From positions 3,202 through 67,201 of IMG/VR virus record IMGVR_UViG_3300009506_000122: DNA of 64,000 nucleotides; one strand, written 5' to 3'. The DNA comes from a virus. This document shows positions 50,715-59,209 of the stretch, one piece after another. How positions within the stretch are numbered: the stretch's first letter is position 1; the number at the start of each line of letters is the position of its first letter. The notes under the pieces were generated by a model that saw only the letters and a list, made by a program, of their open reading frames with translations, was not told where the DNA came from and ran no database searches. Both the position numbers and the translations under genes were made by a program.

Positions 50715-51280
50715 CTCCTCCCGATTAGGTCTTTAGATTCTTTTACTCGTTTCGGGAATCCCCCACGTTGATACTCGACTTTTGTTGGTCTAAAAATTGG
50801 TCTTGCAGGATGATTATATCCTGCATAGACTCCCCCATATTCATTGACATAAGCATACATATTTATCGATTTTGGTTTACCTGCCCCGGGAGGCATGAGC
50901 CAAGAACTACCAGGAACCATTCCAGCGTTAGGTGGTAAACCACCAATCCATCGTTGTGGATGTCTATCTCGATAAACTGTTAATGATTTGATTATTTCTC
51001 CCCTCATAATCCAAAAACCACGCATCATAAAATACTGAGATTTCCACTTTTCATACTTTGGATTATAAGGAGCTGATCCACCTAAATGCTTTTGACTCAT
51101 TATATTTTTGGTCAGTAGATTGACATAGTCAACAGCTCCTCGATAGGGGAGCTCTTTCTTTTCTCTATCCACAGCACGTTGCACTCTTCCTAAAGCTCTA
51201 ACATATCTGCGGACATCATTTGGATCGAATAGTATTTCGAGACTAATCAACGTATAACCATCCACCAATGAGTTTTTCAA
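50705..51280 (-). CDS. putative neck/tail-completion protein
   Basis: YAYVNEYG...HPARPIFRP motif typical of virion morphogenesis proteins. Confidence 0.55.
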   Translation of the reverse strand: MKNSLVDGYTLISLEILFDPNDVRRYVRALGRVQRAVDREKKELPYRGAVDYVNLLTKNIMSQKHLGGSAPYNPKYEKWKSQYFMMRGFWIMRGEIIKSLTVYRDRHPQRWIGGLPPNAGMVPGSSWLMPPGAGKPKSINMYAYVNEYGGVYAGYNHPARPIFRPTKVEYQRGGFPKRVKESKDLIGRSWR

Positions 51281-51650
51281 ACTTGCATTTCTCTGAATTA
51301 AACGGTAAAGGTTGACTTTTAATATCAGGATTTAATTTCAAATTACTGCTGAATAATCTTGGCTCAAAAACAACCTTACCGTCACCTCTTGCCATGAATA
51401 AGGAAAACATATCAATATCACGAGAATAAAGCAAAACTGATCTAATATCGGCAATAAGTCGTGGATCAAACCACTCGTTGTCATAAGCAACAGCATAGAA
51501 CAACGATTTTTTAATGGTACTATTGATTTGAGACCAGCTCCGAGCCGCATAGTGCTGATGAACAATCGACATAGAGCTTTCCACGGTACGTTTAGCCTTC
51601 TCCTCATTCAGTAATCCCTTTCTCGGGACAATGAATAAATCCATTAACAT
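51243..51650 (-). CDS. hypothetical protein
   Basis: ORF in the neck region. Confidence 0.5.
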   Translation of the reverse strand: MLMDLFIVPRKGLLNEEKAKRTVESSMSIVHQHYAARSWSQINSTIKKSLFYAVAYDNEWFDPRLIADIRSVLLYSRDIDMFSLFMARGDGKVVFEPRLFSSNLKLNPDIKSQPLPFNSEKCKFEKLIGGWLYVD

Positions 51651-51652
51651 AG

Positions 51653-52345
51653 CTATGCCGTAGTTGTGGTTGTAGACGTTGTTGTAGAGGTAGTTGAGCT
51701 TGTTGAGGTTGTTGTAGTTGATGGTGCGGGACGTGAATCTTCACCAACCTCAAAAACATCTACTCCTTCGTAACGTCTCGGTTTAATCGTTTCAACACGA
51801 TAGTATGATGTAGAGGTTAGTCGAATACGGTCAAGCGTTTGCACACGCAAAGATTCGGGCAGGTAGAGTTCGTGTACTTCGAGTCCTAAGTACCCTAACT
51901 CCTCATCTGTGACAAGATCATGACCATATAGTGGGGTCGTCAAAAGTCCATAAACTCGACCCTTCACCATTTGCCACGTTGTTAATTTCTGGTAGTTCGA
52001 ATCCCAATTATCTGACTCATAAGGTCGGATTATGTCAAGTACAACATTACATTTATAAAGAACCACATCGTACTTGATTATTGAGTCCTCAAACATCATT
52101 GGGGTTATGTTCATTACGATGTAAATGTCCCCAGTCGTAATAAACTGAACATAATCTCCACCGACAGCTAACGTGTTGTATGGAAACCACGCTTCAAGGA
52201 AGAACTCACGAATAAAAGGTTTAGTTACCTGACTATTCGCTTTAAAATATGTTTTCTCCCCTGTTAAATCTCCGCTGTCTCGAAGTATCTTATATGAAGT
52301 GCCTACCTCATCCAATACTTCTTCGATGTCAGGACCTATCGTCAT
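51653..52345 (-). CDS. putative head-closure protein with C-terminal Thr/Ser tag
   Basis: Neck position; DRIRL...YRVETI pattern; ends PSTTTTSTSSTTSTTTSTTTTTA. Confidence 0.55.
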   Translation of the reverse strand: MTIGPDIEEVLDEVGTSYKILRDSGDLTGEKTYFKANSQVTKPFIREFFLEAWFPYNTLAVGGDYVQFITTGDIYIVMNITPMMFEDSIIKYDVVLYKCNVVLDIIRPYESDNWDSNYQKLTTWQMVKGRVYGLLTTPLYGHDLVTDEELGYLGLEVHELYLPESLRVQTLDRIRLTSTSYYRVETIKPRRYEGVDVFEVGEDSRPAPSTTTTSTSSTTSTTTSTTTTTA

Positions 52346-52348
52346 TGG

Positions 52349-52798
52349 TTAATTCTCTTTAGGATCAAACTCAACCAGTTGTTCATCATCGTATGTGATG
52401 TCCGTACCATATTCAGCATAAGCAAATCCAGCATCAATTTTAGTACCAAACATCTTATACGAATCGACTCCAGCAAACAGATCAGGACGTTCTTCTTGAA
52501 ATGTTTCGAACTGTTTGTCCTCCATCTCTATCAGTTTGCTATAATGATCGAACCTGTGTTGCAGGTTGATTTGCTCGAATTTGAACTTGTGTGCGCTCTC
52601 GGTTAGAAGATAAAAAAACAAATGACGTTTGGCTCGTTTCTTGACCCAGTATTCAACTAAGTTACCAGAAACAGGAAATGAGCTATCAAACTCTCTGATA
52701 GAATCGTCAGCGGCATTTTCGTAGTCTTCAGGAACTAAATACTGATGAAGACCCTTTACCTCTTTCTCCAGCTTCAAAAGTAACTCTTGTTTGGTCAT
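52349..52798 (-). CDS. putative head-tail adaptor
   Basis: Helical 149-aa protein two genes after the capsid gene. Confidence 0.45.
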   Translation of the reverse strand: MTKQELLLKLEKEVKGLHQYLVPEDYENAADDSIREFDSSFPVSGNLVEYWVKKRAKRHLFFYLLTESAHKFKFEQINLQHRFDHYSKLIEMEDKQFETFQEERPDLFAGVDSYKMFGTKIDAGFAYAEYGTDITYDDEQLVEFDPKEN

Positions 52799-52801
52799 TT
52801 G

Positions 52802-53143
52802 TTATCTCCTAACAAGTTTCGACTTTCTCTTTTTTGGTAAAACAGCGGCCTCTACCTCCCGCTTTTCTTTTTGTAGAGCTTCCTCTAACGAAGCTCTGGT
52901 TGAGACAGACGTTTTAATATCGTTTGTTGTCGAAGTCTGTACAGGATTATTTGTTTTCTTAGGTGGAATTATTTTCTCCTCAGATTGCTGTGTTATTTCC
53001 ACCGTTCCCGTGCCTCTTGCAATCTCAAGCATCAATTCGGCTGGTATAGAGGGGTACTCCCTGTTCGGGAAGTAAGACCCCTCTATCCATACCGTCTTGC
53101 CAAACTTGAGGGTTTTTAACAGCTTGACTTGTTCGACTTTCAT
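52802..53143 (-). CDS. hypothetical protein after capsid gene
   Basis: GGAGGAG RBS; ends KSKLVRR. Confidence 0.6.
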   Translation of the reverse strand: MKVEQVKLLKTLKFGKTVWIEGSYFPNREYPSIPAELMLEIARGTGTVEITQQSEEKIIPPKKTNNPVQTSTTNDIKTSVSTRASLEEALQKEKREVEAAVLPKKRKSKLVRR

Positions 53144-53160
53144 CGATTACTCCTCCCTTA

Positions 53161-54486
53161 TTAGGTGGAAGTTGTGGTTGAGGTTGAACTCGTGGTAGTC
53201 GTTGTGCTTGTTGCAGACTCACCAGCTCTGGAAGTAACATCAATGGAGTAAATTGCATCCGTATGATACAGAACAGGCAAACCTTTGTCTTGCACCCGAA
53301 TCCACGTACCCTCGGGGTCCCACTCATCTTTACGATCTGTGTAAAGACCCCAATGACGACCAAGTCCGAAGGGGGCTTGGATGTACCGACTAATCGGGGT
53401 TCCCTCTACGGAAGATGCCATCATTATGAATTTGTCACCCGGCACATAGTACCGTTGCATGGTAACATAATCCTCACCGGCTACATAGCTGTTGGTGAAC
53501 GGGTATTCGATTTGGATTTGATTGGTGAACTTGTTGACAGACAGAATGTAACGTTGCTCGTATGTATCCGCATTGCTACGATCCCAGATCGTCAGTTTTT
53601 CGTATGCGTCAAAATCCGACGCATCGTTCACTTGAATCCATGTGGTAGACCCGCCGGTTACAGCACCGGTGATCTCGGCTTTGACCTCATACATCTCATC
53701 GTAAATGATAAAGTTCTTGATGTCGAGGAGAGTGCCGATTACCTTGGCGTTGACAAGAGCAAGGGCATCGATGCCAGGGCCAGCCATCAGAGTGCCGTTA
53801 CCAAAAGCATTGGTTTGCAACAGAGCGCGGATCGAAGAATCTTTACCAATCATATCAAGGACTTGGCTGTTGCAGATAGCAATATCCACTACTCCACCGT
53901 TTGCTTCGGCAATCTTGCGTTTACCGTCTTTAACGTCACCCAAAATGTCCTTACTACCACCAGTATCCCAGTAGTAAGACGAGCCAAGGGTAACACGATG
54001 ATCGGACGGGATACCATAGTTAATGGTGACCATATACCCGCCCTTTACTTGGTAGCTGAAACCGTTGTTGATGAACATGTTGGAGAACATCCACTCTTTT
54101 CTCCTATTTGCTCGGTTTACGATGTCAGCTAAGTTATCCGCCAACGTATCAGCGGCAGACTGATACGCTGAATCTGTACCCGGTTTACGAAGATTGTTTA
54201 AAAACTCCTCGTCAAAATACCGCTTTTCTTTCCAATAAGCGGCGGTCGCTTGATGCTGTGCGACGCCGTGCGGTGCAGAAACGGGTGCAGGCGCTCCCGG
54301 GGGAACGAACGGAACCATACCTCTTCCACCTCTTTGCGATTCCCACTTAATTGTGTCGGACTCCGCATTTCGTGTTCCGGGGAAGAGACTTGAGAACATC
54401 AGGTTGGGTGCCGCTTTGAACCTCGTAATGAAGTCCTGTAGTACTTCCAACCTGAGAATGGGTATTTCAGAAGCTCCACGTGGCAT
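53161..54486 (-). CDS. major capsid protein (lambda gpE-like family) with inserted domain and C-terminal Thr/Ser tag
   Basis: LFP, MVPFVPPG, RRKEWM, INYGIP, W...DILGD, WDPEG...GLPV; follows protease and decoration genes. Confidence 0.85.
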   Translation of the reverse strand: MPRGASEIPILRLEVLQDFITRFKAAPNLMFSSLFPGTRNAESDTIKWESQRGGRGMVPFVPPGAPAPVSAPHGVAQHQATAAYWKEKRYFDEEFLNNLRKPGTDSAYQSAADTLADNLADIVNRANRRKEWMFSNMFINNGFSYQVKGGYMVTINYGIPSDHRVTLGSSYYWDTGGSKDILGDVKDGKRKIAEANGGVVDIAICNSQVLDMIGKDSSIRALLQTNAFGNGTLMAGPGIDALALVNAKVIGTLLDIKNFIIYDEMYEVKAEITGAVTGGSTTWIQVNDASDFDAYEKLTIWDRSNADTYEQRYILSVNKFTNQIQIEYPFTNSYVAGEDYVTMQRYYVPGDKFIMMASSVEGTPISRYIQAPFGLGRHWGLYTDRKDEWDPEGTWIRVQDKGLPVLYHTDAIYSIDVTSRAGESATSTTTTTSSTSTTTST

Positions 54487-55225
54487 AAGTTTTCACCTCC
54501 TTCCGTAGAGAATTTTAACGAATATACATGTACTGTCCAAACGAAGCGGCGCTCAGGTCTGTCTTAGCGGCCGCATCAACGTTTGTCAGCAAGCCTTCGT
54601 AAAGGACGCAGTTACCGAGAATCAAGGTAGCGACAGCTCCCTTGGCATTAACTCCCAGACCACAGTCCACAGATTTTTCAAGAATACCAACACAGTCGGA
54701 ATAGTTATTGGTATTGTCCCCAGCCTCGACTGCAAGATACGCTTTCCTTGCCGCAGTAAAAGATGTACCGCCGGTAGCTGTCGTGACTGTAATAGCGGCA
54801 CGACTCAGATCAGTTGTTCGATCAATAGCGGTAATTGCGCCAAGGTTTTCAGCAGCCGTTGTGTTATCGTTAATGATAACATCGTCTCCCACATTGAATT
54901 TATAGCTATCTTCCTGCGAGACATACAGGATAGAAGCTGTCGTACCAGAATCCGCAACAAGGTAAGCCCTACCAGGATGCTTTTCAGCGCCCGTAAAAAC
55001 GGTAGGGTTATAAGGTACAAGTTTGTCACGACCGCCAGCAACGCCAGCAGACTTATTCAAAGCGAGCGCAGTCCCGATTTTCAACAAACCGTATCCCGCT
55101 TGCAACGTGACAGGTACTTTCAGAGCAGCCATCGGTTCCGAGTAGTAAAGGTTCCGATAGTCGTCTTGAACTCCTCGAATGATTGAAGGAATATCAGTCG
55201 GCATAAGTTTTCACCTCCTTCCGTA
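54482..55225 (-). repeat. identical 26-bp translation-initiation segments before the capsid (54482-54507) and decoration (55200-55225) genes
   Basis: Minus strand TACGGAAGGAGGTGAAAACTTATGCC in both. Confidence 0.85.
54515..55204 (-). CDS. head decoration protein (gpD-like) with inserted domain
   Basis: VTLQAGYGLLKIGTAL...LVPY, CVGIL; between protease and capsid genes. Confidence 0.65.
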   Translation of the reverse strand: MPTDIPSIIRGVQDDYRNLYYSEPMAALKVPVTLQAGYGLLKIGTALALNKSAGVAGGRDKLVPYNPTVFTGAEKHPGRAYLVADSGTTASILYVSQEDSYKFNVGDDVIINDNTTAAENLGAITAIDRTTDLSRAAITVTTATGGTSFTAARKAYLAVEAGDNTNNYSDCVGILEKSVDCGLGVNAKGAVATLILGNCVLYEGLLTNVDAAAKTDLSAASFGQYMYIR

Positions 55226-55234
55226 TAGGAATTT

Positions 55235-55756
55235 TTAAGCCGTTGCTTGCTGACCCGCTCGGGATAGCAGATCGTTTGAAAGTTTCGTATTTTCTTCCGC
55301 ACTAACAGGAGCTTTGCCACCGTCTGCTTTGCGCTCGACAGAGCCCAAACCCGAAACAGACTGATTGGAGAGTTTACCTTCCCAATCTTTAATCTCCTCG
55401 TTAATCGCGGCAGAAAACGCCTCAACGTCAAGAACATCGTCTTTGACGAATTTCTTGAAGGAAACCATTCTCTTGACTTTCTCATGGAGATAGTCGTCAA
55501 TGTCAGATTCCGCTAACTTCTCAGCCCAGATTCTATCAGCATGGTCTTCCCTCTCACGTTCCTCACGGAGAGCGTCTTTCTTCTCCAGACCAGCGAGACG
55601 CTTTTCGTTATCAGCGTTCTTTTGCTCCAGAGCATCTTTCTCAGCCGTGAATTGTGCCCGTTCCTTGTCAAATTCCTTGTTCAAGGCGACTTTCACCTCC
55701 TCAGACAGTTGGGTGACAAGATCAGGGTGTTTTTGTTTCAATTCATCCAGATTCAT
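55235..55756 (-). CDS. nested in-frame scaffold protein (173 aa)
   Basis: Internal RBS GAAGGAGGTGAAATT before ATG 55756 (MNLDELKQKHP). Confidence 0.6.
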   Translation of the reverse strand: MNLDELKQKHPDLVTQLSEEVKVALNKEFDKERAQFTAEKDALEQKNADNEKRLAGLEKKDALREEREREDHADRIWAEKLAESDIDDYLHEKVKRMVSFKKFVKDDVLDVEAFSAAINEEIKDWEGKLSNQSVSGLGSVERKADGGKAPVSAEENTKLSNDLLSRAGQQATA

Positions 55757-56875
55757 AATTTCACCTCCTTCCTCATTGAAATATTGTGTGTCCTCTGACT
55801 TTGCGAATTGAGTACCCTCATGGGTCTCCTCAAGCGCATTTTCTATATATTCGACATCTTCGGTGGCTTCTCTCGAAAACGCAGAGGACTTCGTTGACGA
55901 ATCCCACCCGAAAACGCAGACAGACGCCTCTTTGAACTCACACTTTCTCCAGACAGTACCCGGACCACGCATCGTGAACCCATTTACTTCTGTCGTTTCG
56001 TCCTTCATGAGGCGCTGGATTTCAGTAGGTTTTGCATAAATGCTTGCTTGGTAAGGAAAGCCATCAGAAGACAATCTCGCAAACTCATTCGCCGCTTCTG
56101 TGTCTACAAGATGGGTCTTCTCAGGTACAAGCTCCAACTTATTGTCTTCAATATCAGGTTTCCCATTGTGAAAGCCAACTTTCCTTGCGGTATCGTGATT
56201 TTCAAGTATTGGGAACTTCCCGCTACCGAATTTGATCCCGCTAAGATCAATGGCTAAATCACCCCAATACCAATGTCCCTTGATGATTTTCCCATTGTAA
56301 GCCGTCATTTGAATACGCATCGGTTTGTCTTCACCGTCTTTAAAAGCAAACGCATGAAAACCTTCCTCAACAAAACGAAGCGCACCCTTTGGGACTTTTT
56401 CAGTTGTGACTTCCATTTGTTTCTCCTTCTTTTTGCAGGCTGCAAGCCCCGGCCAATGTCTGCAAACACAAGCCTTTATACCTGCTGGTTTAGGTGCGTG
56501 TCGAGCATAACCTATCGCGGCTATCGCTCTCGCACGAGTGTTGACGGGATAAGTACCTTTAGGTGCCCCACCAGCCGGTCCACAAAATGGACCTTTCTTA
56601 TACTTACCCGCATTACTGCCACCCTTTTTCTTCCTATCTTCGGTGACACCAAAGTACTCATTGTGACGGTCAAGATCATCAAAAGTCCAAATGCTGTCAA
56701 TATCAACAAGATCAAACTTGCTGTTAGCAATTCGGATAGCTTTTCCCTCACAGTCTTTTCCACCCTCAGATTGACATTCCTTAAGAACACCATTTGCGAT
56801 ACTGACCCACTTTTTCTTCTGTGCAGGAGTTAGACCTTTTTTAAAACCGTCAACGTCTTTGACAGTCCACGGCAT
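55235..56875 (-). CDS. prohead protease/scaffold fusion
   Basis: PILENHD...VG, QASI and EASVCVFGWD protease motifs; coiled-coil C-terminus; ChaB-like N-terminus. Confidence 0.75.
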   Translation of the reverse strand: MPWTVKDVDGFKKGLTPAQKKKWVSIANGVLKECQSEGGKDCEGKAIRIANSKFDLVDIDSIWTFDDLDRHNEYFGVTEDRKKKGGSNAGKYKKGPFCGPAGGAPKGTYPVNTRARAIAAIGYARHAPKPAGIKACVCRHWPGLAACKKKEKQMEVTTEKVPKGALRFVEEGFHAFAFKDGEDKPMRIQMTAYNGKIIKGHWYWGDLAIDLSGIKFGSGKFPILENHDTARKVGFHNGKPDIEDNKLELVPEKTHLVDTEAANEFARLSSDGFPYQASIYAKPTEIQRLMKDETTEVNGFTMRGPGTVWRKCEFKEASVCVFGWDSSTKSSAFSREATEDVEYIENALEETHEGTQFAKSEDTQYFNEEGGEIMNLDELKQKHPDLVTQLSEEVKVALNKEFDKERAQFTAEKDALEQKNADNEKRLAGLEKKDALREEREREDHADRIWAEKLAESDIDDYLHEKVKRMVSFKKFVKDDVLDVEAFSAAINEEIKDWEGKLSNQSVSGLGSVERKADGGKAPVSAEENTKLSNDLLSRAGQQATA

Positions 56876-56878
56876 GAC

Positions 56879-58546
56879 TTACTCCTTAGATTTGGGTAAA
56901 GGTGTCGAACGCTTGACGAGCTTCTTCCCTGCTGGCTTACTTTGAACTGATTTCTTACCTGGTTCACCTTCAACTGATTCTTGAACGCTCTCAGCGTCCA
57001 CACCGGCTGAGTAAATCAACTCAGGGTATCGCTCGTCTTCGGTAGCTTTAAGCAATCTCAGTCTTCCATAACCACCAAAACCCATTCTTCTCGCTACTTC
57101 GCTGTGAGGAATACCAATTTGCTCTGCTACCGGACCATGTTTCGTACCAAGTAATCCTTTAGCTCTTGCTTCGTAGTCTATTACCTCAGATGTCGGAAAA
57201 GAGACTTCAAGCAAATGCTCAGGAGCTTTACTGACTTGTTCAAACTGGGGTTCTCCTTTGTCGCTGAAACTTGTGGCTTCTCTGACTTTGAACTTAGTTG
57301 GAAATCTCGTTACCTTGCTTCGTAGGTAGAAGATGCCTGCCCAAAACTCGTATTTCACAAACCTCTCAAAATAAGCGATCTCGTCACTCATCCTATCAGA
57401 ATATGGGCCACGAGATGCTTTAACGCTCGCATAAGGAGCTCTTGAAGCTCCAGTACTTATATCTTCGGGCTCGTTTAAGCCTGCTGTAATCAGATTTAAA
57501 ATGTCGGTATCTTCTTCCTTGATTTTAGATAACTGAGGGTAAGTCGCTTGCAAAGTACAGCCAGGTGGTAGGACAAGTGTGCTACCGGGAGTCTTTTTAG
57601 CCATGATCCCAGTCTTGCGTCTTTCTTCGTCTGAAAGACTAAGCCACAATTTGAACGTTCTCGGGTCTTCTATCTGTACTGTCCAGACATAAGCTCCCGC
57701 AGACTTTTTATGATCGATTTCATATTTTTTGAGGTTCTCGTAATGGTTTAACCATTCGATTGTCGTTCTCAGATAACCAATAGCTCTACGAGTCAAGAAC
57801 CCCTTATCCCATGCAACTACGAATCGATAATAGCCACCAAAGGGTTTAAACGCTTTATTCTTTGATTTGGCTCTGTATTGGTACTTATCATTAACATCAT
57901 TGTGATTTGATACCGCCTTTACAAAATCGGGGTATTTAGCCACATAGATGCTCGGTACTTGGTCATATTCTCGAAAGGGGATTACCTTCGAGCTTGTGCG
58001 TTGTATTCGGACATTATAAAAGACAGGGGTTAATACTTTGGTAGGATGAAAAATGATACCAGAACCATCATCTCCACTGGTATCTATTGTTGATGGATCG
58101 ATAAAATCTACCTCTACAAACCCATCTGGATGTAGTGTTAGCATTAAAAAAAGCTCGCCTTCAACTTCTGCACGAGCTACAAATTTTGGCCACATATTAT
58201 AAAGTCTGTTTCGCCAGTCAAATGTGACCTCATCAATTACGTCCTGAATTTGTCTTATTTCTGACCAAAAACCAAAACCATTACCACATACTCTTCCAGC
58301 AAGACCTCTAACTGCGGTATTGACTTGAGGATTGCGCTGAAATTTCTCCCAACACTGGGATTGTAAAGACTTTCTATCCTGATTTGAGTCTTCTTTACCT
58401 TCTGGATTTACAGGAAAACCATCAGGGTCTTTACGCTTTCCGTCACTCTCATCATACTGCCACGGCATTGCAAATGTCATGTTAGCCATGACATCGTCCG
58501 GTATGTTCATAATATATTCAGATATTTCTTGCTGTTGCAAAATCAA
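56879..58546 (-). CDS. portal protein
   Basis: 555 aa between terminase and protease genes; NPQVNTAV, EVEGELF, FIDP. Confidence 0.8.
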   Translation of the reverse strand: MILQQQEISEYIMNIPDDVMANMTFAMPWQYDESDGKRKDPDGFPVNPEGKEDSNQDRKSLQSQCWEKFQRNPQVNTAVRGLAGRVCGNGFGFWSEIRQIQDVIDEVTFDWRNRLYNMWPKFVARAEVEGELFLMLTLHPDGFVEVDFIDPSTIDTSGDDGSGIIFHPTKVLTPVFYNVRIQRTSSKVIPFREYDQVPSIYVAKYPDFVKAVSNHNDVNDKYQYRAKSKNKAFKPFGGYYRFVVAWDKGFLTRRAIGYLRTTIEWLNHYENLKKYEIDHKKSAGAYVWTVQIEDPRTFKLWLSLSDEERRKTGIMAKKTPGSTLVLPPGCTLQATYPQLSKIKEEDTDILNLITAGLNEPEDISTGASRAPYASVKASRGPYSDRMSDEIAYFERFVKYEFWAGIFYLRSKVTRFPTKFKVREATSFSDKGEPQFEQVSKAPEHLLEVSFPTSEVIDYEARAKGLLGTKHGPVAEQIGIPHSEVARRMGFGGYGRLRLLKATEDERYPELIYSAGVDAESVQESVEGEPGKKSVQSKPAGKKLVKRSTPLPKSKE

Positions 58547-58878
58547 CCCCCTTTACCGGTCGTTTGTTTAATGAGTTGATCTTCTTGCTTACGCAACTTA
58601 TCAAGTTTGTCCTTCAACCTCTTATACTCCTCACGATCATCTGAATTTGTCCATTTATAACAGTTATCACTTCCGTTTCGTTCTTCAAGTCTCCACATTC
58701 TACCTTGAATTTCTTGAATAGCGTGGGAAGTAAAATGAAGTTGTTGACTGGCTTTAACAAATAAAACATCGGACGACTTTGCAAAGTATTCATTCGCACC
58801 GAAAGCCATTCCGAAAAGTACAAAAATAGCGATGGTCACCTCAATGACCTCTTTTTTAAACGCTAAAGCCATAAACAC
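58543..58878 (-). CDS. hypothetical membrane-anchored protein
   Basis: N-terminal TM segment followed by coiled coil. Confidence 0.5.
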   Translation of the reverse strand: MFMALAFKKEVIEVTIAIFVLFGMAFGANEYFAKSSDVLFVKASQQLHFTSHAIQEIQGRMWRLEERNGSDNCYKWTNSDDREEYKRLKDKLDKLRKQEDQLIKQTTGKGG

Positions 58879-58881
58879 ACC

Positions 58882-59055
58882 TTAGGACTCTTTACAAATA
58901 GCATCTTCAAAGACAGTTTGATGGTGTTTATGACACCATCCCCAACAATACCAATGTGAGCCAGTCTGTCCCTGACTACGGTAACTATCGAAGCTCTGAC
59001 AATCCTTACAGCGGTCGTGACTCGTGATTTTCAACTCCACATCCGAATCAGACAT
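58882..59055 (-). CDS. small Cys-rich protein (57 aa, not in ORF track)
   Basis: MSDSDVELK...RCKDC...WYCWGWC...C. Confidence 0.45.
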   Translation of the reverse strand: MSDSDVELKITSHDRCKDCQSFDSYRSQGQTGSHWYCWGWCHKHHQTVFEDAICKES

Positions 59056-59159
59056 AATCACGCCTTCGATAATTAGTTCGTTCGGGGTGAGGAAAGGAGT
59101 AAACTCACCCCGAACTTAGGAGGATATATGAGGTAGCTAAACCCCGGTTACCCACTCCT

Positions 59160-59190
59160 ATGATACCAAATACATGGACCCCCTTGTCAA
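59160..59190 (-). promoter_or_regulatory. possible promoter upstream of the portal/head genes
   Basis: Minus-strand TTGACA (59,185-59,190) and TATCAT with a long 19-bp spacer; a 12-bp stem hairpin follows at 59080-59115. Confidence 0.35.
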
Positions 59191-59209
59191 GAACTTTTTT
59201 TCACTTTTT

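Noticed and set aside
53263-54132. 289-aa + strand ORF
   Set aside because: Antisense to the major capsid gene with no recognisable motifs.
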